DNA of 50,686 bases from a virus (IMGVR_UViG_3300020336_000224:1-50686); one strand, 5' to 3'; positions 28,644 through 37,723 are shown, counted from the first letter of the stretch. The notes: a model not told the origin generated them from the sequence alone. Program-made: numbers and translations.

Positions 28644-29251
28644 AATACGCACAATTTTTAAATTTGCCTGAATGGGAAAATTTACAAAAAGAACTTATCG
28701 ACTTTAGATACAAATATAGTTATCCAGACCAATTATGGTGGTGTCATTTTGAAGATGAAGTTAAAGAAAAGATTCCTAATCTTTATAATACATTTGAAGA
28801 GATGGGTTTGAAAATGCGGCAGTTAATATTCTTTGACAACTTAAACAATAGTATTGAAGTAACTGATCCTACAGATTCTAAGTGCTTGTTTATTCATACT
28901 GATAGTACAGATAGTACAGACTCAGTAGGTACAGAACAACCAGAAGATATTGAATATTCTACAGACTTTCAACCATCATGGGCTATTAATATTCCTTTAG
29001 AACATTATGCTAATAGTAAAACTATCTGGTATGAGATAATTGATAAAAATCAAGACGAAGTATTATATACTTCTTATGATTGTGGAGGACACGATCCTAA
29101 AAATTGTAAAGAAGTCTTTAGATTTGAATTAACACAACCTGCATTACTAGCTATAGACAAACCACATGCAGTTTACAATCCAAATAAAGAAACTAGATCT
29201 GTAGCTACGTTTAGATTTTACAACGATTTAGATTATTTAATTAACGATTAG
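28640..29251 (+). CDS. Fe(II)/2OG oxygenase-like protein
   Basis: FIHTD...AINIP...PHAVYN...RSVATFRF. Confidence 0.6.
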   Translation: MKYAQFLNLPEWENLQKELIDFRYKYSYPDQLWWCHFEDEVKEKIPNLYNTFEEMGLKMRQLIFFDNLNNSIEVTDPTDSKCLFIHTDSTDSTDSVGTEQPEDIEYSTDFQPSWAINIPLEHYANSKTIWYEIIDKNQDEVLYTSYDCGGHDPKNCKEVFRFELTQPALLAIDKPHAVYNPNKETRSVATFRFYNDLDYLIND

Positions 29252-30444
29252 TGTAAGTCTATCCAAGCACTACCATCATAGCCTTGGAATACTGGAACAC
29301 CAGTACTATCATCATTTAAGTTAAATATCATCATACCAGCTGCTGGACTTGTAATAGCAGTATTTCTTGCACTACTATTAGCATAAGATGCTAACTTAAC
29401 TGCACCACCGAATGTAGCTTGTTGTGTGTGATCTAATTCTAGTGCAGATGTTAATGTACCTGCAGCATTAGCTGTACTTAAAGTTATAGTACCTGGAACA
29501 ACGTTTGAACCTATTGTACCGGAAGTCTTTGCTAAGATACTAGATGAAACTTTTGCAGCATTTCCTGAATCATAACCTACACTAACAATATTTAAAATTT
29601 GGTCACCAGTTGCTGAAGCAGTTGGAGACGTTAATGTACCTCTTGAATTAATAAACAATACCTGTCCTGATAAAGCACCAGCAGTAGCATTGTTAACAGT
29701 TAACAAGTCATAATCATCATCAGCATTACCGTCTGAGTTAATTCTTATACCTGCTTTTTGTCCAGTTGAATTTGTACCTTCTAATACGATTGTTCCAGAA
29801 TCAATTTCTTTGTTGACGACTGGTCCAACAATTTTACTAGCAACACCGTCTACTAGTGTTGTACTGTTGTCACCAAACACTGAACCAGTAATATCGCCGT
29901 CTAATGGTCCAACAAAACCACCTGTTACACTTATTGCAGTACCGCTTGTTGTAATAGGAATATTATTAATTTCTAATGAAGCTGTATCAATTGGCCCTAC
30001 TACTTTACTATTTAAGTAGTCTACAATTACTGCACTGTCACTACCGTAAACATCTGCGTGTAAATCGCCTTTAATTTGTCCATTGTCACTGTTAACAAGT
30101 ATTGAGCTATCGTCTCCACTTGTAATACTAATTCTATAATTGTTACCTTCAACAATACCTGCGCCGCCGGTATTAGTATCAATATCATCTGATGGTGCAA
30201 ACTTGCTACCATCCCATTTTAAAACTTGTCCTACGGAAGGTGGTGTCGAAGCAATATCAACATTTGATAAATCATTTATGGATAGTGTACCTACAGTAGT
30301 ATCTGTATCAACTGCAACGCCTCCTACGGTAGTTCCATCTCCTACGTATACTTTTTTAGTATCGGTAGCATAGATCAACTCTCCTTGAAGAGGAGTAATA
30401 AGAAGTCGTTCAGCATTGGTACCTCTTCTAAGTCTTAGTGCCAT
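29248..30444 (-). CDS. Tail fibre / virion appendage protein
   Basis: N-terminal LRRGT...GELIYATDTKKVYVGDG (Mtd-N/hyaluronidase-like), GQVLKWDG, G/S/T-rich, C-terminal FQGYDGSAW; AGGAG SD and upstream TAAATA 30479-30484. Confidence 0.75.
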   Translation of the reverse strand: MALRLRRGTNAERLLITPLQGELIYATDTKKVYVGDGTTVGGVAVDTDTTVGTLSINDLSNVDIASTPPSVGQVLKWDGSKFAPSDDIDTNTGGAGIVEGNNYRISITSGDDSSILVNSDNGQIKGDLHADVYGSDSAVIVDYLNSKVVGPIDTASLEINNIPITTSGTAISVTGGFVGPLDGDITGSVFGDNSTTLVDGVASKIVGPVVNKEIDSGTIVLEGTNSTGQKAGIRINSDGNADDDYDLLTVNNATAGALSGQVLFINSRGTLTSPTASATGDQILNIVSVGYDSGNAAKVSSSILAKTSGTIGSNVVPGTITLSTANAAGTLTSALELDHTQQATFGGAVKLASYANSSARNTAITSPAAGMMIFNLNDDSTGVPVFQGYDGSAWIDLH

Positions 30445-30504
30445 TTATTTGCTCCTGAGTATTTCATTTCTATACTACTATTTATGTCTTTTATCAGATA
30501 CTTG

Positions 30505-30819
30505 CTACCTACGTTTTTTCATGAATAAATTAGTTCTTTTCTTAATATCAGCTTTTAATCTATCTGTATTAAGCCTAAAATCGATGTTGCTAATAGCATT
30601 TTCGTATTCTTGAAATAACGAATGAAGTTCCTTTTCTATATTTACCTTCTTAGTCTTTTGTCGAGACTTTTCAATATCTAAATCCCATATACGGCCATCG
30701 TTAAAAATAACCCTTATGCTATGTAGATACTCAACGGGTACAACGTTTACGTCTACGTCGTTAAGTACGTCAGGCCAGTCTTTAATTACTTCTGTTGGTA
30801 GCTTTTTACGCCTTGGCAC
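30505..30819 (-). CDS. Hypothetical protein
   Basis: GTG start overlapping upstream gene end; compact ORF in operon. Confidence 0.55.
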   Translation of the reverse strand: MPRRKKLPTEVIKDWPDVLNDVDVNVVPVEYLHSIRVIFNDGRIWDLDIEKSRQKTKKVNIEKELHSLFQEYENAISNIDFRLNTDRLKADIKKRTNLFMKKRR

Positions 30820-31396
30820 TAGCTTCAGCTTTTTTGGCTTTCGTTGGTGAAAGCTCTTCTGCTTGTTTACGAAGTTTTTGTGCTTCTTTAAACATTGCAT
30901 CAGCTTGGCTTCTGTACTGTTTAGCTAAGTCTTCATCACTTAAAACACCTTCGTTAGGTGCTTCAACCGGCTCACCCGAAGGAACTGTTTCAGTTACTGT
31001 TTCTTCAGGACCTTTAAGTGCTAAATCTTCAATTGCTACACCTTTTTGATCAGCAATTATTTTGTTTAGTTCAGCTAAGTTTATTACAGTTTTAGAATCA
31101 GGTGTCATTTCAATGTCTTTTGTTTCGACCTGTTGCATTCTTCCTGTTGTATGAAAACCTGATAAAATATTTCTACCATCAGGCAAAACATTTCTAGCCA
31201 TTAATTCTGCAAACTCATAAGCGTCTTGACCTTGTGGTGATTCTAAAAGTCTCATCACAGTATCGTGTTCTTCAGCCATTAAGTTTTCAGTTGGAATAAC
31301 AACTGCTTTATCGTCAGTACCTGGTACTAATCTATATGCTACGATTACTTTACGTTGGTTTTTAACCACTCTTCCAATATGCTTTAATGTTGCCAT
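30806..31396 (-). CDS. Hypothetical protein
   Basis: GGAG SD, TAATG coupling, charged helical C-terminus. Confidence 0.7.
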   Translation of the reverse strand: MATLKHIGRVVKNQRKVIVAYRLVPGTDDKAVVIPTENLMAEEHDTVMRLLESPQGQDAYEFAELMARNVLPDGRNILSGFHTTGRMQQVETKDIEMTPDSKTVINLAELNKIIADQKGVAIEDLALKGPEETVTETVPSGEPVEAPNEGVLSDEDLAKQYRSQADAMFKEAQKLRKQAEELSPTKAKKAEASAKA

Positions 31397-31659
31397 TATT
31401 TCTCTCCTTGTGGAGCCTCACCTTGTGCGGCTACCGCGTTTAAAAATGTTTCAAGTTTGTTATAAGTTTGACCAACAGTCATCATTTCGTTTGGCTTAAA
31501 TGCCCCACGTTGACTTGCAACATCAATGATTTGTTTCAAATTACCCAAGTCTTGAACAGTAAGTTCAGGATTAGGTGTTGTTTGTGCTTGTTCACCAGTA
31601 GGCTCAGTAGGTGCTGGTGTTGCTTCTACTGCTTCTGGTTTTTTATTTTCTTTGCTCAT
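31396..31659 (-). CDS. Hypothetical protein
   Basis: AAGGAG SD, upstream TAAATA 31691-31696. Confidence 0.7.
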   Translation of the reverse strand: MSKENKKPEAVEATPAPTEPTGEQAQTTPNPELTVQDLGNLKQIIDVASQRGAFKPNEMMTVGQTYNKLETFLNAVAAQGEAPQGEK

Positions 31660-31693
31660 TAACGACTCCTTAATTAGTTATGTGCGTATATAT

Positions 31694-31990
31694 TTACTTG
31701 TATTTCAAAAGAGGACATGCCAAAGTGAAATAAGAAAGTTCTTTTGGCTGTTCAAAAGCAATACAAACTAATGTTGCAAGTTGATTATTTCTATCTAAAT
31801 TTACAGTTTTGCCAACATAGTAACGACCTCTAAGATTATCCTTTATCCATTTTGAAAGACTAGTCTCTAGGTTATACTTCATAGGCAAATTGATAGATTC
31901 AAAGTGCCTAGGTAAGTGTTTTAATTGTCTTACATTAAAGAAATCTAAATGATTTGCTTTAAGCTGCTTGTTTTTGTTTGTGATCATCAT
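31694..31990 (-). CDS. Hypothetical protein
   Basis: ORF filling the gap in the operon; start uncertain. Confidence 0.55.
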   Translation of the reverse strand: MMITNKNKQLKANHLDFFNVRQLKHLPRHFESINLPMKYNLETSLSKWIKDNLRGRYYVGKTVNLDRNNQLATLVCIAFEQPKELSYFTLACPLLKYK

Positions 31991-33239
31991 AGTAAGTTGT
32001 ATGTCCAAAAGGAGCAACAATAGATTCATTACCATGTATTACAAATACTGTATCACAGTAATTTTCATCACCCCAACTACCCCAAGGATAGCCGTCTGTA
32101 AAAACAACTAGTTTCTTAGGATTAATATTATTTTCTTTCATGTACTCCCAATTACAATCAAATTCAGTACCGCCACCACCAATGATTTGATATGAAGCAA
32201 TGTCATCACTTGATGCAGATTCAAATACTTGCTCGTTATAAACGGCTGTATCAAAACACCATACAGTAATACGACCATCTTCGTATTGTTCCATAATACC
32301 TTTAATTTCACTTAAGAAATCTCTAGCTTGATGGTCACCAATTGATCCACTCATGTCTATAGCAATACAAATATCAATTGTTTCGTCATAGTTCATACCT
32401 GGAAGAATAGCACCACTATGCCAATTCTTTCTTGACGGACGTTGGAAAGTATAATCGTTCCTAATTGTAGATTGAATTTGTTGGCGTAGTATTTCACGCC
32501 AATTCATTTTAGGTTCAGTAAGGTCTTTAATAATACGTTCAATCTCTGCAGGCATGTTTCCAGCACCAGCCGCCTGTGCAGACGACATCATATTTTCTTT
32601 TATTTCATCACGTATTTTTTTAAGTTCATCTTTTGAATACTTAGGTTGTCCTTCACTGTCTTTACCTTTTACAGGAGTTTTAGGCGTACCGTCTTCAGCA
32701 GTTTTCTCCCAGTCGACATGTTCGTCTAATAGTTCACCTAGTTGTTTTAATTCTTCTTCATCGTATTTGTTAAAAATATCATCATATACTTCTTCGGAAG
32801 TCCATCTGTCGTATTTAAAGTCTTGAAAAATTGGAACTTGGTCAACTTTTTCACCAATGCGATCTCTAACTAGTACATTGTTTACTAGATAGTCACAGGC
32901 AATGTTGTAAATTTGAGGATCTCTATCTTCACGTCTAATAATATGATCAAATACACAATGTAGGATTTCGTGTGCAATAACAAACTCAATTTGTTTGTTA
33001 GATAACATATTAAAAAATTGTGTGTTGTAATATAAATGTCTGCCGTCTGTTGCGGCAGTAGGACACCAGTCGTCACATGCTTTTACTTTAAGTCTAGTAG
33101 CCATATTACCAAAAAACGAATGACGTAAGAGCAAACCAATTCTAGCTACAATAACCCTATCATATACTTCTTCTTGCATTACTTTTAATGCTTCAGGTTC
33201 TAGTTCTACTGGTTGAAAACTTTTTGTATCTAAACTCAT
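31959..33239 (-). CDS. Metallopeptidase-like/VWA domain protein (DUF2201-type), MoxR partner
   Basis: TAATDG, HEILH, DMSGS MIDAS, GGGT, FTDG. Confidence 0.88.
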   Translation of the reverse strand: MSLDTKSFQPVELEPEALKVMQEEVYDRVIVARIGLLLRHSFFGNMATRLKVKACDDWCPTAATDGRHLYYNTQFFNMLSNKQIEFVIAHEILHCVFDHIIRREDRDPQIYNIACDYLVNNVLVRDRIGEKVDQVPIFQDFKYDRWTSEEVYDDIFNKYDEEELKQLGELLDEHVDWEKTAEDGTPKTPVKGKDSEGQPKYSKDELKKIRDEIKENMMSSAQAAGAGNMPAEIERIIKDLTEPKMNWREILRQQIQSTIRNDYTFQRPSRKNWHSGAILPGMNYDETIDICIAIDMSGSIGDHQARDFLSEIKGIMEQYEDGRITVWCFDTAVYNEQVFESASSDDIASYQIIGGGGTEFDCNWEYMKENNINPKKLVVFTDGYPWGSWGDENYCDTVFVIHGNESIVAPFGHTTYYDDHKQKQAA

Positions 33240-33267
33240 GTGCCTTGCTCCTCTAATTTATATACTT

Positions 33268-33296
33268 ATTATATAATATTTACTTATAAATGTCAA
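33268..33296 (-). promoter_or_regulatory. Sigma70 promoter
   Basis: TTGACA-N17-TATAAT perfect consensus. Confidence 0.85.
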
Positions 33297-33298
33297 GT

Positions 33299-33331
33299 AA
33301 AAAAATGGGTGGACAGTTGCCTATCCACCCA
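33299..33331 (-). terminator. Rho-independent terminator after MoxR gene
   Basis: TGGGTGGATAG-GCAA-CTGTCCACCCA hairpin (GNRA loop) followed by T7. Confidence 0.85.
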
Positions 33332-33337
33332 AAAGTA

Positions 33338-34423
33338 TTAGGCCTCTTGTGCGGCTCTAATATACTTGCCAAACCTGTCGTGAAACTCATCGAAACATTC
33401 AACTTCATCTGGATCAATTGGAAGGGAGTACTGTGTGAGGGCAAGTTTGATTCCCATAACAACCAATTCAGTTTCAAAGTTATCCATCGAAAAACGCAAA
33501 AAGTTATTAACTTTATCGTCAAATTTCTTATCGCCTTTATCACATGCTTCTTTTAGTTCGTAGCAGAGTGAAACAGTCAAGGAATACATGGCACTGATTT
33601 CTTTAGTTTTCAACTCTTTTACATTACCAAGTAATACATCACTTGGGTTTGGCATTTTAGACGCAACCTTACGATGCGCCATAAACTTTACAGCAAGTCC
33701 TTCACCAACAGTACCACTTACAAGATCTGTAGTAGTATCTTCGTCTAGTTCGTCTTCAATCAATTCTGATACAAACGACCATGAACGAGGTGTTGCAAAA
33801 GAACGACTTGGTGATCTTGGATCAAAATCATACAAATCTTTCTTGCTAAAAGTTAAGTAACCAACAACATCATTATGTATCTTGTTAGCTACTGCCCACT
33901 GGAACCAATCATCAAAATCGACTTTTAATTCCAAGTGTACAAAACGATTTGCTAACGGAGCAGGCATTCTATAAGTAACACCTTTGTCAGCATCTCGATT
34001 ACCTGCTGCAACAATAACAACATTGTCTGGCAGTGTATATGTTCCAACCTTACGGTTAAGAATAAGTTGGTAAGCGGCCGCCTGTACTGCTGGTGCCGCT
34101 GAATTCATTTCATCTAGAAACAAAATAATTTTTTTGTATTTCTTTGCCATCTTTGCGTCTGGCAAATCAACTGGTGGTGCCCACTTCATAGTGTTATCAT
34201 TAGCGGCATAATACGGAATACCTTTAATGTCAGTTGGCTCCCAAAGAGAAAGTCTAATGTCAATTACATGGGCGTCAATTGATTCACCAATTTGGTGAAC
34301 AATATCGGACTTACCAATGCCCGGAGGTCCCCATATAAAGATTGGACGCTTCTTTTGAATTGCGTGGTTAATTGCTTTTTTAGCCTTGTTTGGGCTAGTT
34401 TGTCTTACTGCGATATCTTCCAT
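33338..34423 (-). CDS. MoxR-like AAA+ ATPase
   Basis: GPPGIGKS, LFLDE, AAGN, LANRF. Confidence 0.92.
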   Translation of the reverse strand: MEDIAVRQTSPNKAKKAINHAIQKKRPIFIWGPPGIGKSDIVHQIGESIDAHVIDIRLSLWEPTDIKGIPYYAANDNTMKWAPPVDLPDAKMAKKYKKIILFLDEMNSAAPAVQAAAYQLILNRKVGTYTLPDNVVIVAAGNRDADKGVTYRMPAPLANRFVHLELKVDFDDWFQWAVANKIHNDVVGYLTFSKKDLYDFDPRSPSRSFATPRSWSFVSELIEDELDEDTTTDLVSGTVGEGLAVKFMAHRKVASKMPNPSDVLLGNVKELKTKEISAMYSLTVSLCYELKEACDKGDKKFDDKVNNFLRFSMDNFETELVVMGIKLALTQYSLPIDPDEVECFDEFHDRFGKYIRAAQEA

Positions 34424-34480
34424 TTTGTACTCCTATAATGTATTTTATCAGTGCCATACTTAATTTCTAAGTATGTATAT

Positions 34481-34508
34481 ATAATAGCATCATTAGGATA
34501 AAAGTCAA
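34481..34508 (-). promoter_or_regulatory. Sigma70 promoter
   Basis: TTGACT-N16-TATTAT with extended TGn. Confidence 0.6.
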
Positions 34509-34526
34509 CCTTTTATTTGCCAAAAT

Positions 34527-34910
34527 CTAATTTTTTTGTCGATTCATTGCTTTTGTTAATCCATACTTACGTATATCACCTGAAAATAAACTAAGTTCCA
34601 TTGCTTTTTTTTCTCCTGTAACAACAATACCTCTTCGATCAAAGTAGTATGGACAGTCAATAAACTTATCTAAAAAAATTATTACTTGTGTTGTAATTTC
34701 AAAATTTGGTGGGTATGGTATTTCGTATGTTTGTAGTTCAATATCTTGTGTAATGAACCTATAGCCTTCTTCAGTAAGCCGTAGTCCGCCTTGTTCTTTT
34801 TCACGAGTGTTTTGCCACCACTTAGAAAAATGCTCTTTAAAAGCGACTTCGTTTGTAGATTTACCTGCTTGACTTAAAAAGATTTTAGTATATGTTTCTT
34901 TCCAGTTCAT
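34527..34910 (-). CDS. Hypothetical protein
   Basis: ATGA-coupled ORF; GGLRLTEEG. Confidence 0.7.
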   Translation of the reverse strand: MNWKETYTKIFLSQAGKSTNEVAFKEHFSKWWQNTREKEQGGLRLTEEGYRFITQDIELQTYEIPYPPNFEITTQVIIFLDKFIDCPYYFDRRGIVVTGEKKAMELSLFSGDIRKYGLTKAMNRQKN

Positions 34911-35197
34911 CCAGCCACTAGCTCTTCACCTTCTGTTAGTCTGACAACATTAAAGTCGTCACAATTAAATTGTTCATTTAATTTTTTAGAAAGGTTAATT
35001 GCATGTCCTGGATTTGAAAAAGATACCTTCTTATATTTTGGTCCGGGATAGTTTGTAACTATATTAGCAGTTTTGAGATTAAAAGGCTTGCCTTTATAAA
35101 AGACAGCCCATATTGCTTCTGCTTCTAAAACTTGATCTGATTTATAAGTTTTTTTATCAATATTCTCTAATATAATATTTGGTTTTGGTCTACTCAT
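34907..35197 (-). CDS. Hypothetical protein
   Basis: AGGA SD; upstream TAAATA 35228-35233. Confidence 0.7.
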   Translation of the reverse strand: MSRPKPNIILENIDKKTYKSDQVLEAEAIWAVFYKGKPFNLKTANIVTNYPGPKYKKVSFSNPGHAINLSKKLNEQFNCDDFNVVRLTEGEELVAG

Positions 35198-35262
35198 ATT
35201 GCGTATCCTATATATTAACTACGCATATATTTATCTCTTTTATGAGTTAAACTAGTAGTTTA

Positions 35263-35502
35263 TCACCAACTATTTCCGCCGTCCATTTTTACTTCAATGA
35301 CTTCGTCAGCATTACTATTTTGTTTTTGAATAAGTTCTTCTAAATTGCCGTTTAACCTTGACATAACTATACCTAAAGTAAATGCAAGATTTTTAGCAGT
35401 TTGCAGGTCTAGTTTTAATTCTTTTGCACGACTTGCTTCTGCACCTTTGACTGCGTTTATAAATTGTTCTATTGCTACAGTATTTAAAGGAGGTTTATCC
35501 AT
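35263..35502 (-). CDS. Hypothetical protein
   Basis: GGAG SD, TAATG coupling. Confidence 0.6.
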   Translation of the reverse strand: MDKPPLNTVAIEQFINAVKGAEASRAKELKLDLQTAKNLAFTLGIVMSRLNGNLEELIQKQNSNADEVIEVKMDGGNSW

Positions 35503-35822
35503 TATGTATTCTCCATATCAAAGTCACCATATAATGTATATTTTGCAGTTAGTTCTTCGCCTGCCAGTATGGGCTTTATTGTTTGTAAATAGCATACAGG
35601 TATTTGATGCCAAAATCCTTTTACATTAATACAATTAGGTTCTTCTGAATGATTATAAAATGCACCTAGTGCAGTCCTAATTGCTCCGTGTGGGAAGTTC
35701 TTGTTCATCACATGTACAATACCTAATATAAGATCAGCTTCAAAATCTTGTGTAGCAAACAGTCCTAGTCCTTGCACATTAGATTCTTTAATAGTTAATC
35801 CGTCGGGCAAAGGTCTATACAT
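35502..35822 (-). CDS. SET-domain protein (lysine methyltransferase fold)
   Basis: GLGLFAT, FYNHSEEPNC, GEELTAKY. Confidence 0.85.
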   Translation of the reverse strand: MYRPLPDGLTIKESNVQGLGLFATQDFEADLILGIVHVMNKNFPHGAIRTALGAFYNHSEEPNCINVKGFWHQIPVCYLQTIKPILAGEELTAKYTLYGDFDMENT

Positions 35823-36292
35823 TACGATTTATTCACTCTAGATAGTTCTTGTTTCATTTCAAATTCTGTTTTAAAAGGACCTTTAAATCCATAACGTTCT
35901 AAAGTCATTAGTTTAGGACAAAAACTCTTAACCCAACCTTTTTCAAATTTAATTGTATAGTATCCTGCACAATATAAACTTTTACTCTTAATACTTTTTG
36001 TAAATAAAGGTAGTTTTTGTTTTATATCATACATAGTGTTTTGCGGAACACAACTTGTTGGAAATCCGTAAACAGTTTTTTCAACATGTTTTTCTTTTAT
36101 TTCTAACTTACCCCAAGTAAGATTACTATCAAAATTTTGATTAAGATCTTTTTTAGAACTAAAAAATTGTGTGCCTCTTGCACTGTTAAACATATATCTG
36201 TCATCAGCTAAAGACAGGGTACCAATTTTCATTTCTTCATCTTGAACAATCCAAAACTTTTCTTTTAGCACTTCTTTCATCTTAATTGTCAT
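35822..36292 (-). CDS. Hypothetical protein
   Basis: ATGA coupling to RNase H gene. Confidence 0.65.
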   Translation of the reverse strand: MTIKMKEVLKEKFWIVQDEEMKIGTLSLADDRYMFNSARGTQFFSSKKDLNQNFDSNLTWGKLEIKEKHVEKTVYGFPTSCVPQNTMYDIKQKLPLFTKSIKSKSLYCAGYYTIKFEKGWVKSFCPKLMTLERYGFKGPFKTEFEMKQELSRVNKS

Positions 36293-37275
36293 TGTGGATA
36301 CCTCGCTTGTAATGGTTCTGCATAGTATTGTGCTTGATCTGCAATACGTTGCATATCCCACTTAGCACAAAATTTAAGTAATCGCATACCTACTTGTTTA
36401 ATTTCTTTAGGCTTAGCATTTTCTGCAATAGTAGAATTAATAATTTCTCTAATGTCTGCAGGTTGTGCAGTTAAGTCACATAGTGTAACATTACGTGTAT
36501 AGTCATCTAATACACGATGTTCAGCACCTTCATGATCAACCCAACGTTGTAGCATCATGTTATTCCAGTTATAGCCTTTGCTATCTTTGTCTGCAAATGC
36601 TTCTGTAAGTCCAACTTTGTTTTTAGTGCCTTTAGTACGAACACCTGGATAAGCACTAAACACATTGTCACTAGTGTCGCCACGCATACACTTTTCAAAC
36701 AACATAAATTCAGGATTAGGTGCAGGCTTCTCTAGTTTAGTTTTCTTATCAATTACAGGATTACCTTTCTTATCAAAGTAACCTTCGTGTGTAATAGTAA
36801 CGTCTTGAATGCCATTGTACTGTTTTACATTAGGTGCAATAAGTTGTGCAAAGTCACCGTCAGTACTAATAATAACATGATTGTCGTTAGGGTGTGCTTG
36901 TACCCAACCAGCAATAAGATCATCTGCTTCTAGTTGCGGATGTCGCATAACAGTACAGTTAGTTTTAGTATCTACAAAGTCCTTAAACTCATCAAAGATT
37001 TCCCAAAACACTTTATCTTCTTCAGACTCAGTAACAGTCATTTTATCACGTGCTACTTGTCTATTACGTTTATAAGGTTCGTAAAAGTCCTTACGCCAAC
37101 TGCGTCCTTCTAAACAAAACACAACATGATCTGCTTCAAAGTCTTGCCATACTTTTTTAACACCACCTAAGGTAATATGCAATGCCATACCAACTTTAGT
37201 GTCAATATCTCCACGTACTACGTGTCGAGCTCTAAAGAAAGTATTTGCAGTATCTACTAGAATATGTGTTGCCAT
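36289..37275 (-). CDS. rnh: T4 RNase H-like 5'-3' exonuclease
   Basis: ILVD, YKRNR, EADD, STDGDF, GDTSDN. Confidence 0.9.
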   Translation of the reverse strand: MATHILVDTANTFFRARHVVRGDIDTKVGMALHITLGGVKKVWQDFEADHVVFCLEGRSWRKDFYEPYKRNRQVARDKMTVTESEEDKVFWEIFDEFKDFVDTKTNCTVMRHPQLEADDLIAGWVQAHPNDNHVIISTDGDFAQLIAPNVKQYNGIQDVTITHEGYFDKKGNPVIDKKTKLEKPAPNPEFMLFEKCMRGDTSDNVFSAYPGVRTKGTKNKVGLTEAFADKDSKGYNWNNMMLQRWVDHEGAEHRVLDDYTRNVTLCDLTAQPADIREIINSTIAENAKPKEIKQVGMRLLKFCAKWDMQRIADQAQYYAEPLQARYPQ

Positions 37276-37304
37276 TAGTTTACCTTTGTATAATTTATAG
37301 TACC

Positions 37305-37333
37305 ATTGTAACACCAGATCTGGCTGTTGTCAA
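37305..37333 (-). promoter_or_regulatory. Sigma70 promoter
   Basis: TTGACA-N17-TACAAT with extended TGn; palindrome CCAGATCTGG in spacer. Confidence 0.75.
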
Positions 37334-37336
37334 CCA

Positions 37337-37723
37337 TTAAGATACTTCGCTTTTACCTTTATCAATAGGAACTACGTTAATATAGCCCATACCTCTTTCT
37401 GTATCTTGACCGTCTTCTTGAAGCATTTGACTTACAATAGTTCTAAACCATGCATCTACAATCTGTTCGTTTGTTTCACCTGAATAACCTGCATCAAGTA
37501 ATTGCTCAATAAACTCATTATTCCAGTCAAGCTCAAAGAAACCGTTCTTAATGTTCTCTGGATTCACTTGAGTATCTAGTACTGCTACCCACGGCTTCTT
37601 ATCTTTAGTTGCTTGTGCTTTTTCTTTTTCAAGAATAGCTCTACGTTGCTCATCCGTTGTTGGATTTTCTTTTGCTTTAACCTTCTTTTTAAAAGGATTT
37701 AATTTATTAAGGATATCCTTCAT
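37337..37723 (-). CDS. Hypothetical protein
   Basis: ORF in operon; GFFELDWN. Confidence 0.7.
   Translation of the reverse strand: MKDILNKLNPFKKKVKAKENPTTDEQRRAILEKEKAQATKDKKPWVAVLDTQVNPENIKNGFFELDWNNEFIEQLLDAGYSGETNEQIVDAWFRTIVSQMLQEDGQDTERGMGYINVVPIDKGKSEVS

Noticed and set aside
1192-29251. RiPP interpretation of the radical SAM/SPASM cluster
   Set aside because: No convincing precursor peptide, RRE/PqqD domain, peptidase or transporter seen in the window
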